A DNA stretch of 64,000 nucleotides from an uncultured Candidatus Rokubacteria bacterium (GTDB lineage Bacteria > Methylomirabilota > Methylomirabilia > Rokubacteriales > CSP1-6): assembly GCA_963771355.1 (NCBI GenBank), contig CAVYTA010000006.1:736001-800000 (forward strand), given 5' to 3'. The translations under genes and the position numbers were made by a program. The notes below the pieces were generated by a model. It did no database searches. It saw only the letters and a list, made by a program, of their open reading frames with translations, and had not been told where the DNA came from. This document shows, piece by piece, positions 1 through 9,940 of the stretch (within the stretch, counting starts at the first letter, position 1; each line of letters opens with the position of its first letter).

Positions 1-535
1 GCGACGCGGCGGTATAGGTCTTGAAGCCGGTCGGCACCGCGGCGTCGAAGCTCCGGGCGGGCTTGACCACGCACGGGAAAGGGAATCCAGCGGCGCTGCG
101 CGCGACGTCCTCACCCGGCCCGGTGACATGGGTGAGCGGGACGAGGATGCCCGCCTCCTGGCAGCGGTGGCTCATGCGGGCCTTGTCCACCACGGTCTCG
201 ATGCAGTCGAGGGGAGCGGCATGAAAGTGGACCCGGCCCTGCAGGGCCGCCCGGTGGTGGGCGAGGAGCACCGCATGGCGGTCGTCGGTGGCGAAGACGG
301 TCGGAGGCGCCGCGAAGCGCTGCGCCAGCCGGAGGAGCGTCTCGACGAACAGGTCGCCGTCGACGAGGGCCTCCGCCGGCACCCGCACGCTCTCGCAGTA
401 GCGGGACAGACGCCCGAACTCCTCCGGCCGGGTGAAGACCCCGAGCGCAGGGACGCCGGCGCGAGCCAGGCTTCGCACGATCCCGTAGCCGTTGGCGCCG
501 AGGCCGAGCACGATGGCCGGAGAAGCCGGGGCCAT
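1..535 (-). CDS. ATP-grasp carboxylate-amine ligase (D-aspartate ligase-like), 3' end runs off the window
   Basis: Not in ORF track. Manual translation from ATG at 535: MAPASPAIVLGLGANGYGIVRSLARAGV...SRYC...VFATDD...VVDKARM...FPCVVKP; starts 1 nt after the stop of the upstream deacetylase. Confidence 0.75.
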   Translation of the reverse strand, partial: MAPASPAIVLGLGANGYGIVRSLARAGVPALGVFTRPEEFGRLSRYCESVRVPAEALVDGDLFVETLLRLAQRFAAPPTVFATDDRHAVLLAHHRAALQGRVHFHAAPLDCIETVVDKARMSHRCQEAGILVPLTHVTGPGEDVARSAAGFPFPCVVKPARSFDAAVPTGFKTYTAAS

Positions 536-536
536 C

Positions 537-1481
537 TCAGCCCGCCAGCCTGGCCAGGCGGGAGCGAACGCCCGCCAGCTCCGACTCGAATGCGGCGCGG
601 TCGTGTCCGAGCGTGATCGGGAATCGCCGGAGGTGCAAGACGGAGGTGGCCCGGTCGTTCCGGCCGGGACTCGTCGTCACCGCGCAGGGCACGTCGAGCC
701 GGCGCAGCACCCGCGCCTCCCGCTCCGTGTAGTCGGCGGGCTGGCCGTTGGGGTAGGCGAAAGCGCCGGCGGGTAGCCGCAGACGCGCGCGCAGCTCCTC
801 CACCGACTCCGCCATCTCCCGCTCGGCGTCGGCATCCGTTTCCCGGCTCAGGATGGCGTGATTGACGGTGTGCCCGCCGAACTGGAGCATCGGCGGCGCC
901 CCCGCCAGCTCGGCCCACGTCATAGGCCGCAGGCTCTCCGTCTGGCGTGGCGTGAGACGGGCCCCCAGCGCCTCCCAGAGGGGGTCGAGGGCGCGATTGG
1001 CAGTCTGCACCGTGCTGGCGCGAAGGTCCAGGGTCAGCGGGGGCTCACCCGCTTGCCGCTGCCAGTGCCGGATGAGACGAAGGCGATCGTGGTTGTACAG
1101 CCGACCGGACGAGAGGTGACCGGTGGCCACGAAGATGGTGGCCGGTATCCCAAGATCCCGGAGCACCGGACCGGCCAGGGTCACGTTGTTCGCATAGCCG
1201 TCGTCGAAGGTGACCACCGCCGCGTGCCGGGGCAGGCGATTCGCGGCGAGGGCGCGGACGGCCTCGACCAGCTCCATCGGGCAGAGCCGCTCGCGGAGGA
1301 AGCGCATCTGCTCGGTGAAGCGGCCCAGGCTGGTGAAATAGGACGGCATCCACGGCTCGCCCGCCCACTCGTCGGGGCAGAGCCCGTGATACATGAGGAT
1401 GGGCAGCCGTCGCGCCTGCCAGCGCAGGGCCGCGCCGGTGACACCGGAGTACTTCAGCAGGGCGTGAGCGAAGCTCGCCAT
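537..1481 (-). CDS. Polysaccharide deacetylase (CE4/NodB family)
   Basis: ATG at 1481 (MASFAHALL); motifs ILMYH, VTFDDGY, GGHTVNH, FAYPNG. Confidence 0.88.
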   Translation of the reverse strand: MASFAHALLKYSGVTGAALRWQARRLPILMYHGLCPDEWAGEPWMPSYFTSLGRFTEQMRFLRERLCPMELVEAVRALAANRLPRHAAVVTFDDGYANNVTLAGPVLRDLGIPATIFVATGHLSSGRLYNHDRLRLIRHWQRQAGEPPLTLDLRASTVQTANRALDPLWEALGARLTPRQTESLRPMTWAELAGAPPMLQFGGHTVNHAILSRETDADAEREMAESVEELRARLRLPAGAFAYPNGQPADYTEREARVLRRLDVPCAVTTSPGRNDRATSVLHLRRFPITLGHDRAAFESELAGVRSRLARLAG

Positions 1482-1492
1482 GACGAGGCCGC

Positions 1493-2861
1493 CTAGAGGC
1501 GCGTCCGGGTAGGACCCGCGGGCGGAGGACCGCCCAGTGCCGGCCGCCGGACCACGGGCGCGGGGACTCGTGAGGCCGCTCCCCTGACTGGCACTGCCGT
1601 TGCCGGCACCGCGCGGGCGGGCGCCGTCACCGGCACCGGAACCGCCGCCACCGTCTTGAGCAGGATCACCAAGGCGACCAGCAGATAGAGCAGGTCCGTG
1701 TACGCCGCGCTCTGGAAGACCGCATTGGCCATGTACGCGACCAGGGAGGCTTCCAGCATCAAGCTGTAGCGCACCACCCACGCCCGGTCCGGTGAGCCCC
1801 GATTCCTCCGTCTGAGCCAGAACAGGCTCCAGAGGCACGAGAACAGCATGGTGAGGAAGATGCCGAAGGCGACGAAGCCGTGGTCCGCGAGCACGTCGAG
1901 ATACATGTTGTGCGCGCTGATGCTCAGGACATAGCCGTATTGCGCGTACGTGAGCTTGTTGGCCAGGCCCCAGAACCCGGCCCCGAGCAGAGGCCGGTCC
2001 ACCGCCACCTTCCACGCAACCTCCATTGCGGCGAGGCGATTGTGCGTCGACTTGTCGTCAATGGTCTCGATGGTCGCCATCCGGTTGGTCCACCGCTCCG
2101 GCAGGTACGGAGTGACCACGACGTAGAGGAGGGCGGCGGCGACAACCGCGAGGAAGGCGTGGCGGGCCTTGAGGAACAGCATGGCCATGACGATGAGGAG
2201 TCCCAGGAAAGCGCCCCGCGAATAGGTGAACACCACCGCGACGGCGCAGAGCCAGAAGGCCACGCGGAGCCCGTTCCGAAGCCACCGCCGCTGCTCGTCC
2301 TTGGCCAGGAAGAACAGCATGGGGATGATGGTGTTCAGCGCCAGGCCGATGGAGTTGTTGCTGGCGAAGAAGCCGGTGGGCGGCACCGTACACCCGGTGC
2401 ACGCCACCGGTGCCCAGCGCGAAGATACCGCCCTTGACCCCGTAGAAGGCCAGGGACAGCGCGGTGACGAGGTAGAGGTAACGGAGGCGCGTCCGGTCCT
2501 GGAAGAACATGAGGGTCAGGAACACGAAGAGCAGGATCTTCGACACTTTCATCAGCTGGTCCCACGCACGCTCGGGCATGATCGCGAAGATCGTGGACAG
2601 GAGGAACATGCCCCACAGCAGGGCCAGGAGCACGGTTTCCCGCGTCCAGGGAATCGGCTTCCGATCCTTGGTGAAGAGGATGCCGACGAGGGTCGCCCCC
2701 GCGATGAGCATGGCGAACGGGACGCCCCGGGCGAAGCCCCACGTTTGCATCTGGGGGACCATCAGGCCGACCCACGTCCAGGCCAGGATGCCGATCCACG
2801 GCCGGGCAAGGCAGAAGGGGAGGAGTACGGCGACGAACGCGGTGAGGACGAGGTCGCGCAT
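1493..2861 (-). CDS. O-antigen ligase/Wzy_C-like membrane protein (exosortase A-associated O-glycosylation ligase type), one +1 frameshift near 2384
   Basis: N-half MRDLVL...PWIGILAWTW (2058..2861 frame) joins C-half PPTGFFASNN...TYSRGA...SAHNMY (1493..2407 frame); removing one base in GGT-G-CCG restores RVYGPPTG. Confidence 0.82.
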
Positions 2862-2868
2862 GGATACG

Positions 2869-3375
2869 CTAGTTGATCGAGGCCCGCGCGCGCTCGAGCT
2901 CCGAGATCGCGTGAGTCAGGTAGCCGACGCTCCGGTCGGTCTGGGACTTGGCTGCCGCCTGCCGGGCGTAGAGCACGCTGAAGCGGGCCTTCTGGATGGT
3001 CTTGTAGGCGTTTCCCAGGAGCGGGTCGGGAACCTTGGTCTTGGCTTGGAGCTTATCCATGCGTCGCATCAGGAGCGCGTGGGCGGAGCGGACCTTCACG
3101 TATCCCTCGTAGATCTTTTTCGATGTCTCTTCGGGATCCGGGGTGGTGCCGTTCGTCTGCATCGTCAGGGCGTGTTGGAGGTTCCCGACGGCGCTGCCGA
3201 GCTGCCAGCTGATGAACTCGGCCGACGTGCGGCCGCGAGTTATCGGCGGCGGCGCCTCGGCCTCGGGGGCGGCGGCGCCCCGCTGCTGCGCGCGCGCGGG
3301 CACTGCCAGGGTCACCACGACGCCGAGCATCATCGCGAGCGCGCATGCCACCACCATCCATCGAAACGGTCTCAT
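2869..3375 (-). CDS. Hypothetical exported protein, predicted helical
   Basis: ATG at 3375 overlaps upstream TGA (ATGA); signal peptide MRPFRWMVVACALAMMLGVVVTLAVPARA. Confidence 0.7.
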   Translation of the reverse strand: MRPFRWMVVACALAMMLGVVVTLAVPARAQQRGAAAPEAEAPPPITRGRTSAEFISWQLGSAVGNLQHALTMQTNGTTPDPEETSKKIYEGYVKVRSAHALLMRRMDKLQAKTKVPDPLLGNAYKTIQKARFSVLYARQAAAKSQTDRSVGYLTHAISELERARASIN

Positions 3376-4463
3376 CGGACTTCTCCCCCCGCGAGCACGC
3401 GGCCGATCTCCTCCAGCCGCGTTCGGCAGTGCCGCACGTGCCGCCGGCGCACCGCCGACCACGTGGTGGTACGGTGACGTCCCGCGAGCTCACTCATCTT
3501 GTCGAGGCTGTTCGCCACGCGCAGGAGGCGCGCGAGCGGCGACCGGAGATCCACCGGCGAGCCGTAGCCCTCCCGGAACGCCGTCTGCCACCGGCCCACC
3601 GCGCGAGGACGCAGGGTGATTCCGCGGGCAAAATCCTCCAGCTTCATCGTGAACTTCATGAAATCGTAGAGCGGCGGGCCGTAGGTGAAGCCCGTGAAGT
3701 CGAGCACCGCCACCCGGTCCCCGTCAGTGAGCATGTTGTCCGGGCGGAAATCGTTGTGGCGGCCGACGGCACCGAGATCCTCCGAGCCGATATCGCCGGC
3801 GAGGCGTTCGACCTGGCCCAGGATCGCCGGGGGCATGATGATCGCGAAGCCGGCCTTGCGGGCCTCCTCGAGCAGGCGCAGCCGCCGCGCGCAATAGGCG
3901 ACGATCTCGGCGGGATCGAAGGAGTCGGGCGACGCGGGCTTCGTAAAGGCCTGGAAGAGCCCGAGCCACTGGCCCACGCGCCGGCACACCGTAGATGCCT
4001 GGGCCAGCGCCCTCGCCGAGGGGAGGCTCATCGCCCGGGCAAGGAGCCGCTCGACGGTCTCGCCGGGAAACTCCTCCATGAGCATCGAGGCGAACTCCGG
4101 CCAGCATCGCACGGGCTTGACCACCTGGAGGCCCGGATAAGGCGCGAACCGCAGCTCGAGCTCTTCCAGGAGTGCATACTCCTGCTCCAGCTCGGTTCGC
4201 TTGACGGTCAAACGGTTGGGATGGGTGCGCAGCGTCTTGAGATAGAACCGCCTCGCTCCGGCGGGCCCGCGGAGCTCGATGGTGCCCACATAGGAATGCT
4301 TGCGTTGGCCAGTCATCTGAAGCTCGACCGAGCAGGGGGTGGAGGGGGAGAGATAGCGTGGGGCAAGGCGCCGCACTTCCTCGAGCGCCGCCTCGACGCC
4401 GCTCCGGAACAGCTCAGGGACATAGGCCGGTTCAGGCACAGTGAGACCCAGGTAGCAATTCAT
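3372..4463 (-). CDS. Aminoglycoside phosphotransferase/kinase-like protein
   Basis: FYLKT (lysine motif), HNDFRPDN catalytic loop, VLDF metal-binding motif. Confidence 0.78.
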   Translation of the reverse strand: MNCYLGLTVPEPAYVPELFRSGVEAALEEVRRLAPRYLSPSTPCSVELQMTGQRKHSYVGTIELRGPAGARRFYLKTLRTHPNRLTVKRTELEQEYALLEELELRFAPYPGLQVVKPVRCWPEFASMLMEEFPGETVERLLARAMSLPSARALAQASTVCRRVGQWLGLFQAFTKPASPDSFDPAEIVAYCARRLRLLEEARKAGFAIIMPPAILGQVERLAGDIGSEDLGAVGRHNDFRPDNMLTDGDRVAVLDFTGFTYGPPLYDFMKFTMKLEDFARGITLRPRAVGRWQTAFREGYGSPVDLRSPLARLLRVANSLDKMSELAGRHRTTTWSAVRRRHVRHCRTRLEEIGRVLAGGEVR

Positions 4464-5690
4464 GCAGAGTCTGTGCCAGCTCGGCAGTCAGTGCATACCT
4501 GTCGAAGTGCTTGATTTGTCTGCTTGAAAGTATTGGCTCCGGACTCTCTTTCCACGTTCGATAGAGGGACGCCAACGCGTTCTGTAGCCCCTCCGAGTCA
4601 GATGGCTCTATCACGGCACATCGATCCATTTTTTTCAACAAGTCGGCGGTAGCGCCATCCCCCGTCAAGGCCAGGATGGGCCGCTCCACCCGGAGACACT
4701 CGAAGGCCTTGGCGGGAATCAGCGACCGCGTGTCGTCGGAGGCCTGGAGGATGAGAAGGCAGCTGGCCCGCCGGAGGCGTCCGAGCGTGTCGCGGTTGGG
4801 AATGCGCGGGCTCACCTCCAGCACGTCCTCCAGGCCCAGGCGTCCGACGAGCTCACGCCCCGCCGGCGAGGCGAAGAATCCCCGCGCGCCGAGGAAGACC
4901 ACGCGGACCTCCGCGCGCGACATGACGCCCCGTCCCGATGAGCCGCGCCACCGCCTCGAGGAGGGGGCGTGGGATCCCGATATTCGCGGGTGACCAGCCC
5001 CGCATGGAGAATCTCGAAGCGGGGCTCGCGCGGCGGGACCGGCAGGCTGGCGAAGTCGGCCTCGTCATAGCCGTTGTAGATGACGCGGACCTTGTCCGGA
5101 TCGAGCGAGGGATAGCGGGCGAGGAAATCCGCGCGCAGGTAGGGCGTGGTCGCCACGATGCGATCCGCGCGCCGGACCACCGCGCGCTCGAGCCGCGACT
5201 CGACCGCGTGGCGGATCGAGCCCGGGGCGGGGTGCTGGCCCTCCTCGATCCAGGGATCCCGGAAGTCGGCGATCCACGGCAGCCCGGTTCGCCGCTTGAG
5301 CGCCGCCGCGATGAGATGGGCGGTGGGAATGGGGCTCGTCGAGAAGATGGCCCGAATCCCCGCACGACGTATGGCGGCGAGGCCCCCCGCCACCCCGAAC
5401 GGCAGCCAGCTGACGAAGGGATCGGGCACACTGAGCATGGCGAGGTGCCGGCCGCGGATGGCGAGCGCGCGCGTGCTGTCGAATCCGCCGGTGCGGTGAA
5501 TCACGGCTTCGGGCGGTATATCGGCCCGCAGCCCTTCGTCCTTCACCCGGTACACGTGGTCGCGCAGGGTGAGGATATGGGGCGTCCAGCCGAGACGGGG
5601 GAGATACTTGCTGAACTTGAGCGTGCGCAGCACGCCGCTGCTGCTCCCTTCCGGAGGATAGTGAAAAGCAACCATGAGGACGGAGCTCAT
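4432..5690 (-). CDS. Glycosyltransferase family 4, split by two +1 frameshifts (G5 at 4963-4967, C4 at 4928-4931)
   Basis: MSSVLMVAFHYPPEGSSSGVLRTLKF...ADFRDPW...YNGYD; continues PLLEAVARLIG, then MSRAEV...IPAKAFE; removing 2 nt gives a continuous 418-aa frame. Confidence 0.82.
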
Positions 5691-6841
5691 GCGCGCCGGG
5701 CTCCGTCACCCGCGCGGCGCTCGAGCAGGAGCGCATCGGCGAAGAACTTGGCCGCCCAGTTCAGGTACTCGTAGGCCCCGTATTCCGCGTACACGGGGTC
5801 CGAGCCCTTGATCCCCCCGCGGATACCGGGATCCGACGCGCGGAGATCCTGCGTGCTCATGAGGTAACGATTCATCCGCCGCGCGGCCTCGACATAGCGC
5901 GGATCGCCGGTGATCTCGGCGAGACGGAGCCACACGATGGAAGTCTGGGCGTCTCCGGTCAGGCAGCTCCACCGGGCCGCGGGCGTCCACGCGTGATCGA
6001 AGCGACCGGCCAGGCCGCCGTCGGCCCGCTGGCACGCCAGCAACGCGTCGGCGGCGCGCCGCGCGCCATCCACGAAGGCCGGCTCGCCGGCAATTCCCCC
6101 GGCTTCGAGCAGACCTTCCATGGTGTAGGCGAGGGTATGGAGGAGGGGCCGCCGATTGTCGTCGAGGCAGCACTCCTCGAACCAGCCGTTGGCCCGCTGC
6201 CGGGTGAGGACGAACTGGAGATTGCGGAGCGCGGCCTCGCGGTGGCGCGCGTCGCCGGTGATGAGTGAGGCGTCCAGCAGCCCCCAGGCCGTCCGCGCGT
6301 CGTAGACGTTGACGCCCTGCCGGGCGAAGCGCGAGCCGTGTCGGCGCCACGCGCCGTCCGCATCCATCGCTTCCACCAGGAAGTCCGCGGCGCGGCCGGC
6401 CGCCTTCTGAAAGCGCGAATCGCCCGTCTCACGATAGGCGGCGGCCCAGCCGAAGAGGACCTGGCCGGTGTTGAATATCGCGGGCGTGGGGGCATGGCCG
6501 ATGACTCCGCCCTGGACGGCCCCCGATTCCATCTGCACGTCGACCTCCCACCGGGCCATCCTAAGGGCGCGCTCGCGGAGGTCGTTCCGTCCGACGATTG
6601 CCGCATAGGCCAGGAAGGTCGGAATGATGTATCCGGTCGTCTCCGGATAGGCCGCGAGCCACCCGCGGCGCTGATGCCCCCGCATGTAGCGGAGGGCGTA
6701 GCTGCGGGCGACGCCTCCGCTGCCCGTCGCGTCCTGCGCCCGGCACAGCCATTCGATCGCCGCGTCGAGGTGCTCGTCGGGCGACCGGAGAGGATGCCGG
6801 ATCGACAGGGCATCCCGGATGACGAGACCTATCAGGCTCAC
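5687..6841 (-). CDS. Alpha/alpha-barrel protein (prenyltransferase/squalene-cyclase-repeat-like) of unknown function
   Basis: Repeated A.DWL...Q..DG.W-type units (WLCRAQD, FLVEAMDADGAW, QRANGWF, QRADGGL); YPETTGY motif; overlaps both neighbours by 4 nt. Confidence 0.65.
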   Translation of the reverse strand: MSLIGLVIRDALSIRHPLRSPDEHLDAAIEWLCRAQDATGSGGVARSYALRYMRGHQRRGWLAAYPETTGYIIPTFLAYAAIVGRNDLRERALRMARWEVDVQMESGAVQGGVIGHAPTPAIFNTGQVLFGWAAAYRETGDSRFQKAAGRAADFLVEAMDADGAWRRHGSRFARQGVNVYDARTAWGLLDASLITGDARHREAALRNLQFVLTRQRANGWFEECCLDDNRRPLLHTLAYTMEGLLEAGGIAGEPAFVDGARRAADALLACQRADGGLAGRFDHAWTPAARWSCLTGDAQTSIVWLRLAEITGDPRYVEAARRMNRYLMSTQDLRASDPGIRGGIKGSDPVYAEYGAYEYLNWAAKFFADALLLERRAGDGARRA

Positions 6842-7560
6842 TGGATGGACGCCCCTTGAGCGTACAGGACCCCGGGCATCTCCAGATCGCCGCCGGGGTG
6901 GCCCGGCGAGAGGGGCTCGCGGGCGATCGGAGGCCGCAGGTAGAGGCCATTGCCCTCGCGCTGAAAGCCCAGGCTATAGCGCCGGACCCGCCCCACATCC
7001 TTGAATCCCCGTCGGAGGTAGAGCCGCTGCGCCGCGGTATTCCCCACCCAGGTGAACTCGTACATGTAACGGAACCCACGCGCGGCAAAGAGGTCGGCGA
7101 AGCGCTCGAGGCAAGCGTCGATGAGCCCCGTGCCGCGGACCCCGGGATCGGCCCAGATGCTGCCGAGCCGGCACTCGTCCTCGAGCAGATGGCGCCAGCG
7201 GGAGACCACTCGCCGGTTATCCGCCTGCACGAGCGGCCACATGAGGGCGCCGATGCGATCGCCGAGGTTGGCGGCGTAGCAGTGGCGCTGTCCGTAGACG
7301 ACGCGATACTCGCGGTGACGCGGGTACGGGGCGGGCATGGTACCGAAGCGCTCGAACTGGGCATCGTCGACCCGGCGCAGCTCGAAGGGCACTCGCGACA
7401 CCGCCGGGGCCAGGGGATTCCGGAGATCGCGCTGGAACACCACGAACTCGGTCCGGTCGTAGGCGCGCCGGGTCACGCCGGCGGCGAGGCCATTGAGGCC
7501 CTCGGTCCGCCACGCGGCCGCCACCTTCGCCAGCAGCGAGCGTCCCTCGCGCATGCTCAC
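6838..7560 (-). CDS. GNAT family N-acetyltransferase
   Basis: IWADPGVRGTGL acetyl-CoA motif and NTAAQRLYLRRGF. Confidence 0.75.
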   Translation of the reverse strand: MSMREGRSLLAKVAAAWRTEGLNGLAAGVTRRAYDRTEFVVFQRDLRNPLAPAVSRVPFELRRVDDAQFERFGTMPAPYPRHREYRVVYGQRHCYAANLGDRIGALMWPLVQADNRRVVSRWRHLLEDECRLGSIWADPGVRGTGLIDACLERFADLFAARGFRYMYEFTWVGNTAAQRLYLRRGFKDVGRVRRYSLGFQREGNGLYLRPPIAREPLSPGHPGGDLEMPGVLYAQGASIQ

Positions 7561-8828
7561 AACCGCCTGAGCGTCTCACGCACGATCTCGCAGATGCGCG
7601 CGACGTCGGTGAGGGGGACGGACGGCTCGCAGGGCAGCTCCACCAGCGAGCCCCAGAGGCGCTCCGTCAGCGGGAGGGCGCCCGGCTTCGCGAGCTCCGG
7701 CTCGGCTCTCAGGTGGAGTGGGATATAGCTCCGCTCGACCTCGTAGCCCGCGCTCCGGAGGGCGGCGATGACCCGGGGCGCGGAGCCGCTCCCCGGCGCG
7801 TCACCGTCGATCACCACCACTTGAGTCAGACAGGCGGAGCCCGGTCGGTGCGCCACCAGCGAGAGTCGCGGCTCCTCGCTCAGCGCCGCCACATACGCGC
7901 TGACGCGGACCCGGCGCGCGGGCAGATCACGCCCCAGATGTTCGAGAAGGGTAAGCGCCACTTCCGCGTCGAGATTTGCCATACTTTGGGCGCAGTAAGG
8001 CGGTGCCGCAGGAGGATTACCTTGAATCTTTCGCAGCGCCATCCGGAGCGGCAGCAGTGACCGCCGCCAGCGCCGCCAGAGGAGCACGGACAGGGCGTGT
8101 GCCCCGATCGCGCCGATGCCGGGCCGGGGTAGCGCCCAGCCCACGGCGGATGCGACGACCTCCGGCCGGCTGGAGAGCAGCGCCCCCCCACCCGTTCCGA
8201 AGCAGACCTTGCCATTGCCGAAGCTCACGATGCCGGCATCGCCGAATGTGCCCAGGGGGCGGCCGTCCAGCGTGGCACCCATGGCCTGCGCGGCATCGTC
8301 GATGACGACAATCCCGCGCGGGTGGCATCGGGCCCGGATGCCCTCGATGTCGGCCGGATTGCCGAAGAGGTGCGGGACGATGACCGCGCGAGTCCGCGAG
8401 GTGAGCGCGGACTCGATCGTATCCGGGGTCACGTTCAGCTCGGGTCCGACATCGGCGAGCACCGGGACGGCCCCGACCGCACGGACGGGTGGCACGATGC
8501 TCGTGCAGCAGAAGGACGGGAGGACCACCTCGCTGCCCGCCCCAACGCCCAGACCGCGCAGGGCCAGCTCGATGGCGGTGCGGCCATTCGCGCAGGGGAC
8601 GACCGGGTGCCCCAGCTGTGCCTCGAGCTGACGAGCCAGCCGCGCCGGAGCGGATCCCTCCGCCACCCGGCCCGTGAGGAGAGAGCGGAACAGTGCCCAC
8701 ACCGTCGCCCCGCTCCACTGGGGCACGCAATACGGGACGCGGTAGTGGTAGGCGCGAAGGGAGCCGAGCGCCTTGCGGAGGGCGGGCGCCCGCCCGGCGC
8801 GGGCCGCGACCCCCGTCGCGGTGGCCAC
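7557..8828 (-). CDS. DegT/DnrJ/EryC1/StrS family PLP-dependent sugar aminotransferase
   Basis: NGRTAI, HLFGNP, DDAAQA, SFGNGK...GGG (PLP lysine). Confidence 0.82.
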   Translation of the reverse strand: MATATGVAARAGRAPALRKALGSLRAYHYRVPYCVPQWSGATVWALFRSLLTGRVAEGSAPARLARQLEAQLGHPVVPCANGRTAIELALRGLGVGAGSEVVLPSFCCTSIVPPVRAVGAVPVLADVGPELNVTPDTIESALTSRTRAVIVPHLFGNPADIEGIRARCHPRGIVVIDDAAQAMGATLDGRPLGTFGDAGIVSFGNGKVCFGTGGGALLSSRPEVVASAVGWALPRPGIGAIGAHALSVLLWRRWRRSLLPLRMALRKIQGNPPAAPPYCAQSMANLDAEVALTLLEHLGRDLPARRVRVSAYVAALSEEPRLSLVAHRPGSACLTQVVVIDGDAPGSGSAPRVIAALRSAGYEVERSYIPLHLRAEPELAKPGALPLTERLWGSLVELPCEPSVPLTDVARICEIVRETLRRL

Positions 8829-9940
8829 TACCGGGCCTTCCCGAGGGTGCGCAGCCGATCCCGCAGGCTCCGAAGCCCCTGACGGAAGGGCGCCAGCACC
8901 TTGTCACCCGACACGCAGCGCTCGGGCGTGGTACCGAGCCGCAGCTTGAAGGAATAGATGCCGTGGAGCGGATCGTCCTCGCGCGCGGCGGAGCCGGGAA
9001 CGCCGCCGCGGTTCAGCTGACGGAAGCCCTCCGCCTTGAACGTCTCCACCGCGGTCCAGAAGAGCCCGCTCTGGGTCCCCATCTTGTACCCGGCCTCGGT
9101 GCTTCCGCTGAACACGGAGTAGGCCCGGTGATTGAAGGTGGAGAAGAGGATGGCGGCCAGCACGGATTCATCGCGCCGTGCGAGGAAGACTCGGGCCGCC
9201 CCGCGGTGGACCAGGTGGTGGTAGAGCGACTCGTAGAGCGTGGAGTCGGAGGAGAGATCGTAGCCCTGTCCCCGCTCGTCGCGTCGGGCCTGGGTGGCCT
9301 CCCGCGCCGTCCCGAGGGCGGTGAGATCCGCGAGGGTGGTGCCCTCCGTGAGGACGACACCCTCGCGTTTGAGGCGCCGGATCTTCTCGCGCTGATCTTT
9401 CCGGATGCCCTGCCACAGGCTGTCGGTGTCCCGCTCGAGATCGAGGGTGAACTCGATACGCTCGGTCTCGACGAAGCCGTGCTCGACGGGCCGGAGCGGA
9501 CTGGCTCCGCTCATGAAGGAGTCCAGCCCCAGGCGCGTGCAGCTCAGCGCGCGGGCGAACTCCTCGCAGCGCCGGAGAAAGGCCGCCGCGAGCCCGGGAT
9601 CCGCCCCGCGCACCACGGGATGCGCGGTGAGCCGGAGATCGCGGAACAGCTGCGAGGCGAGGGCGCGGGGCGAGGCCGCCAGCAGGGCGAGGGCGGCGCC
9701 ACAGGGTATCCCGCTCGCGTCCCGCCCCAGGAAGAACACAGGCTCGAGTGCCTCGTCGCGCCCCTGGTAGGCGGCCCAGAGGGTGGAGTGGAAGATGGAG
9801 CCGCCGAGAGCCGAGACCGTGTCGTCCCAGCCGGCCGGCGCCTGGCCCCGGCTCACCTCGAAAGACACCGGCCCCTTCGCCGCCGGCTCGCCGGCACCAG
9901 CGGAGAGAGGCTGACCGGGCGCCTGGGGAATCGAGGTCAT
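8828..9940 (-). CDS. FemAB/FemX-like GNAT-fold (aminoacyl) transferase
   Basis: IFHSTLW, LDL....LW..IRK..R..IRR, HGIYSFKLRLG patterns typical of FemAB-like proteins. Confidence 0.75.
   Translation of the reverse strand: MTSIPQAPGQPLSAGAGEPAAKGPVSFEVSRGQAPAGWDDTVSALGGSIFHSTLWAAYQGRDEALEPVFFLGRDASGIPCGAALALLAASPRALASQLFRDLRLTAHPVVRGADPGLAAAFLRRCEEFARALSCTRLGLDSFMSGASPLRPVEHGFVETERIEFTLDLERDTDSLWQGIRKDQREKIRRLKREGVVLTEGTTLADLTALGTAREATQARRDERGQGYDLSSDSTLYESLYHHLVHRGAARVFLARRDESVLAAILFSTFNHRAYSVFSGSTEAGYKMGTQSGLFWTAVETFKAEGFRQLNRGGVPGSAAREDDPLHGIYSFKLRLGTTPERCVSGDKVLAPFRQGLRSLRDRLRTLGKAR

Noticed and set aside
1..535. RiPP (graspetide) ATP-grasp ligase
   Set aside because: No precursor visible, coupled to a deacetylase in an EPS operon, and the N-terminus fits carboxylate-amine ligases; gene is truncated, so not fully excluded
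3372..4463. Aminoglycoside resistance gene
   Set aside because: Only the general kinase fold is shared; embedded in an EPS operon with no mobile context
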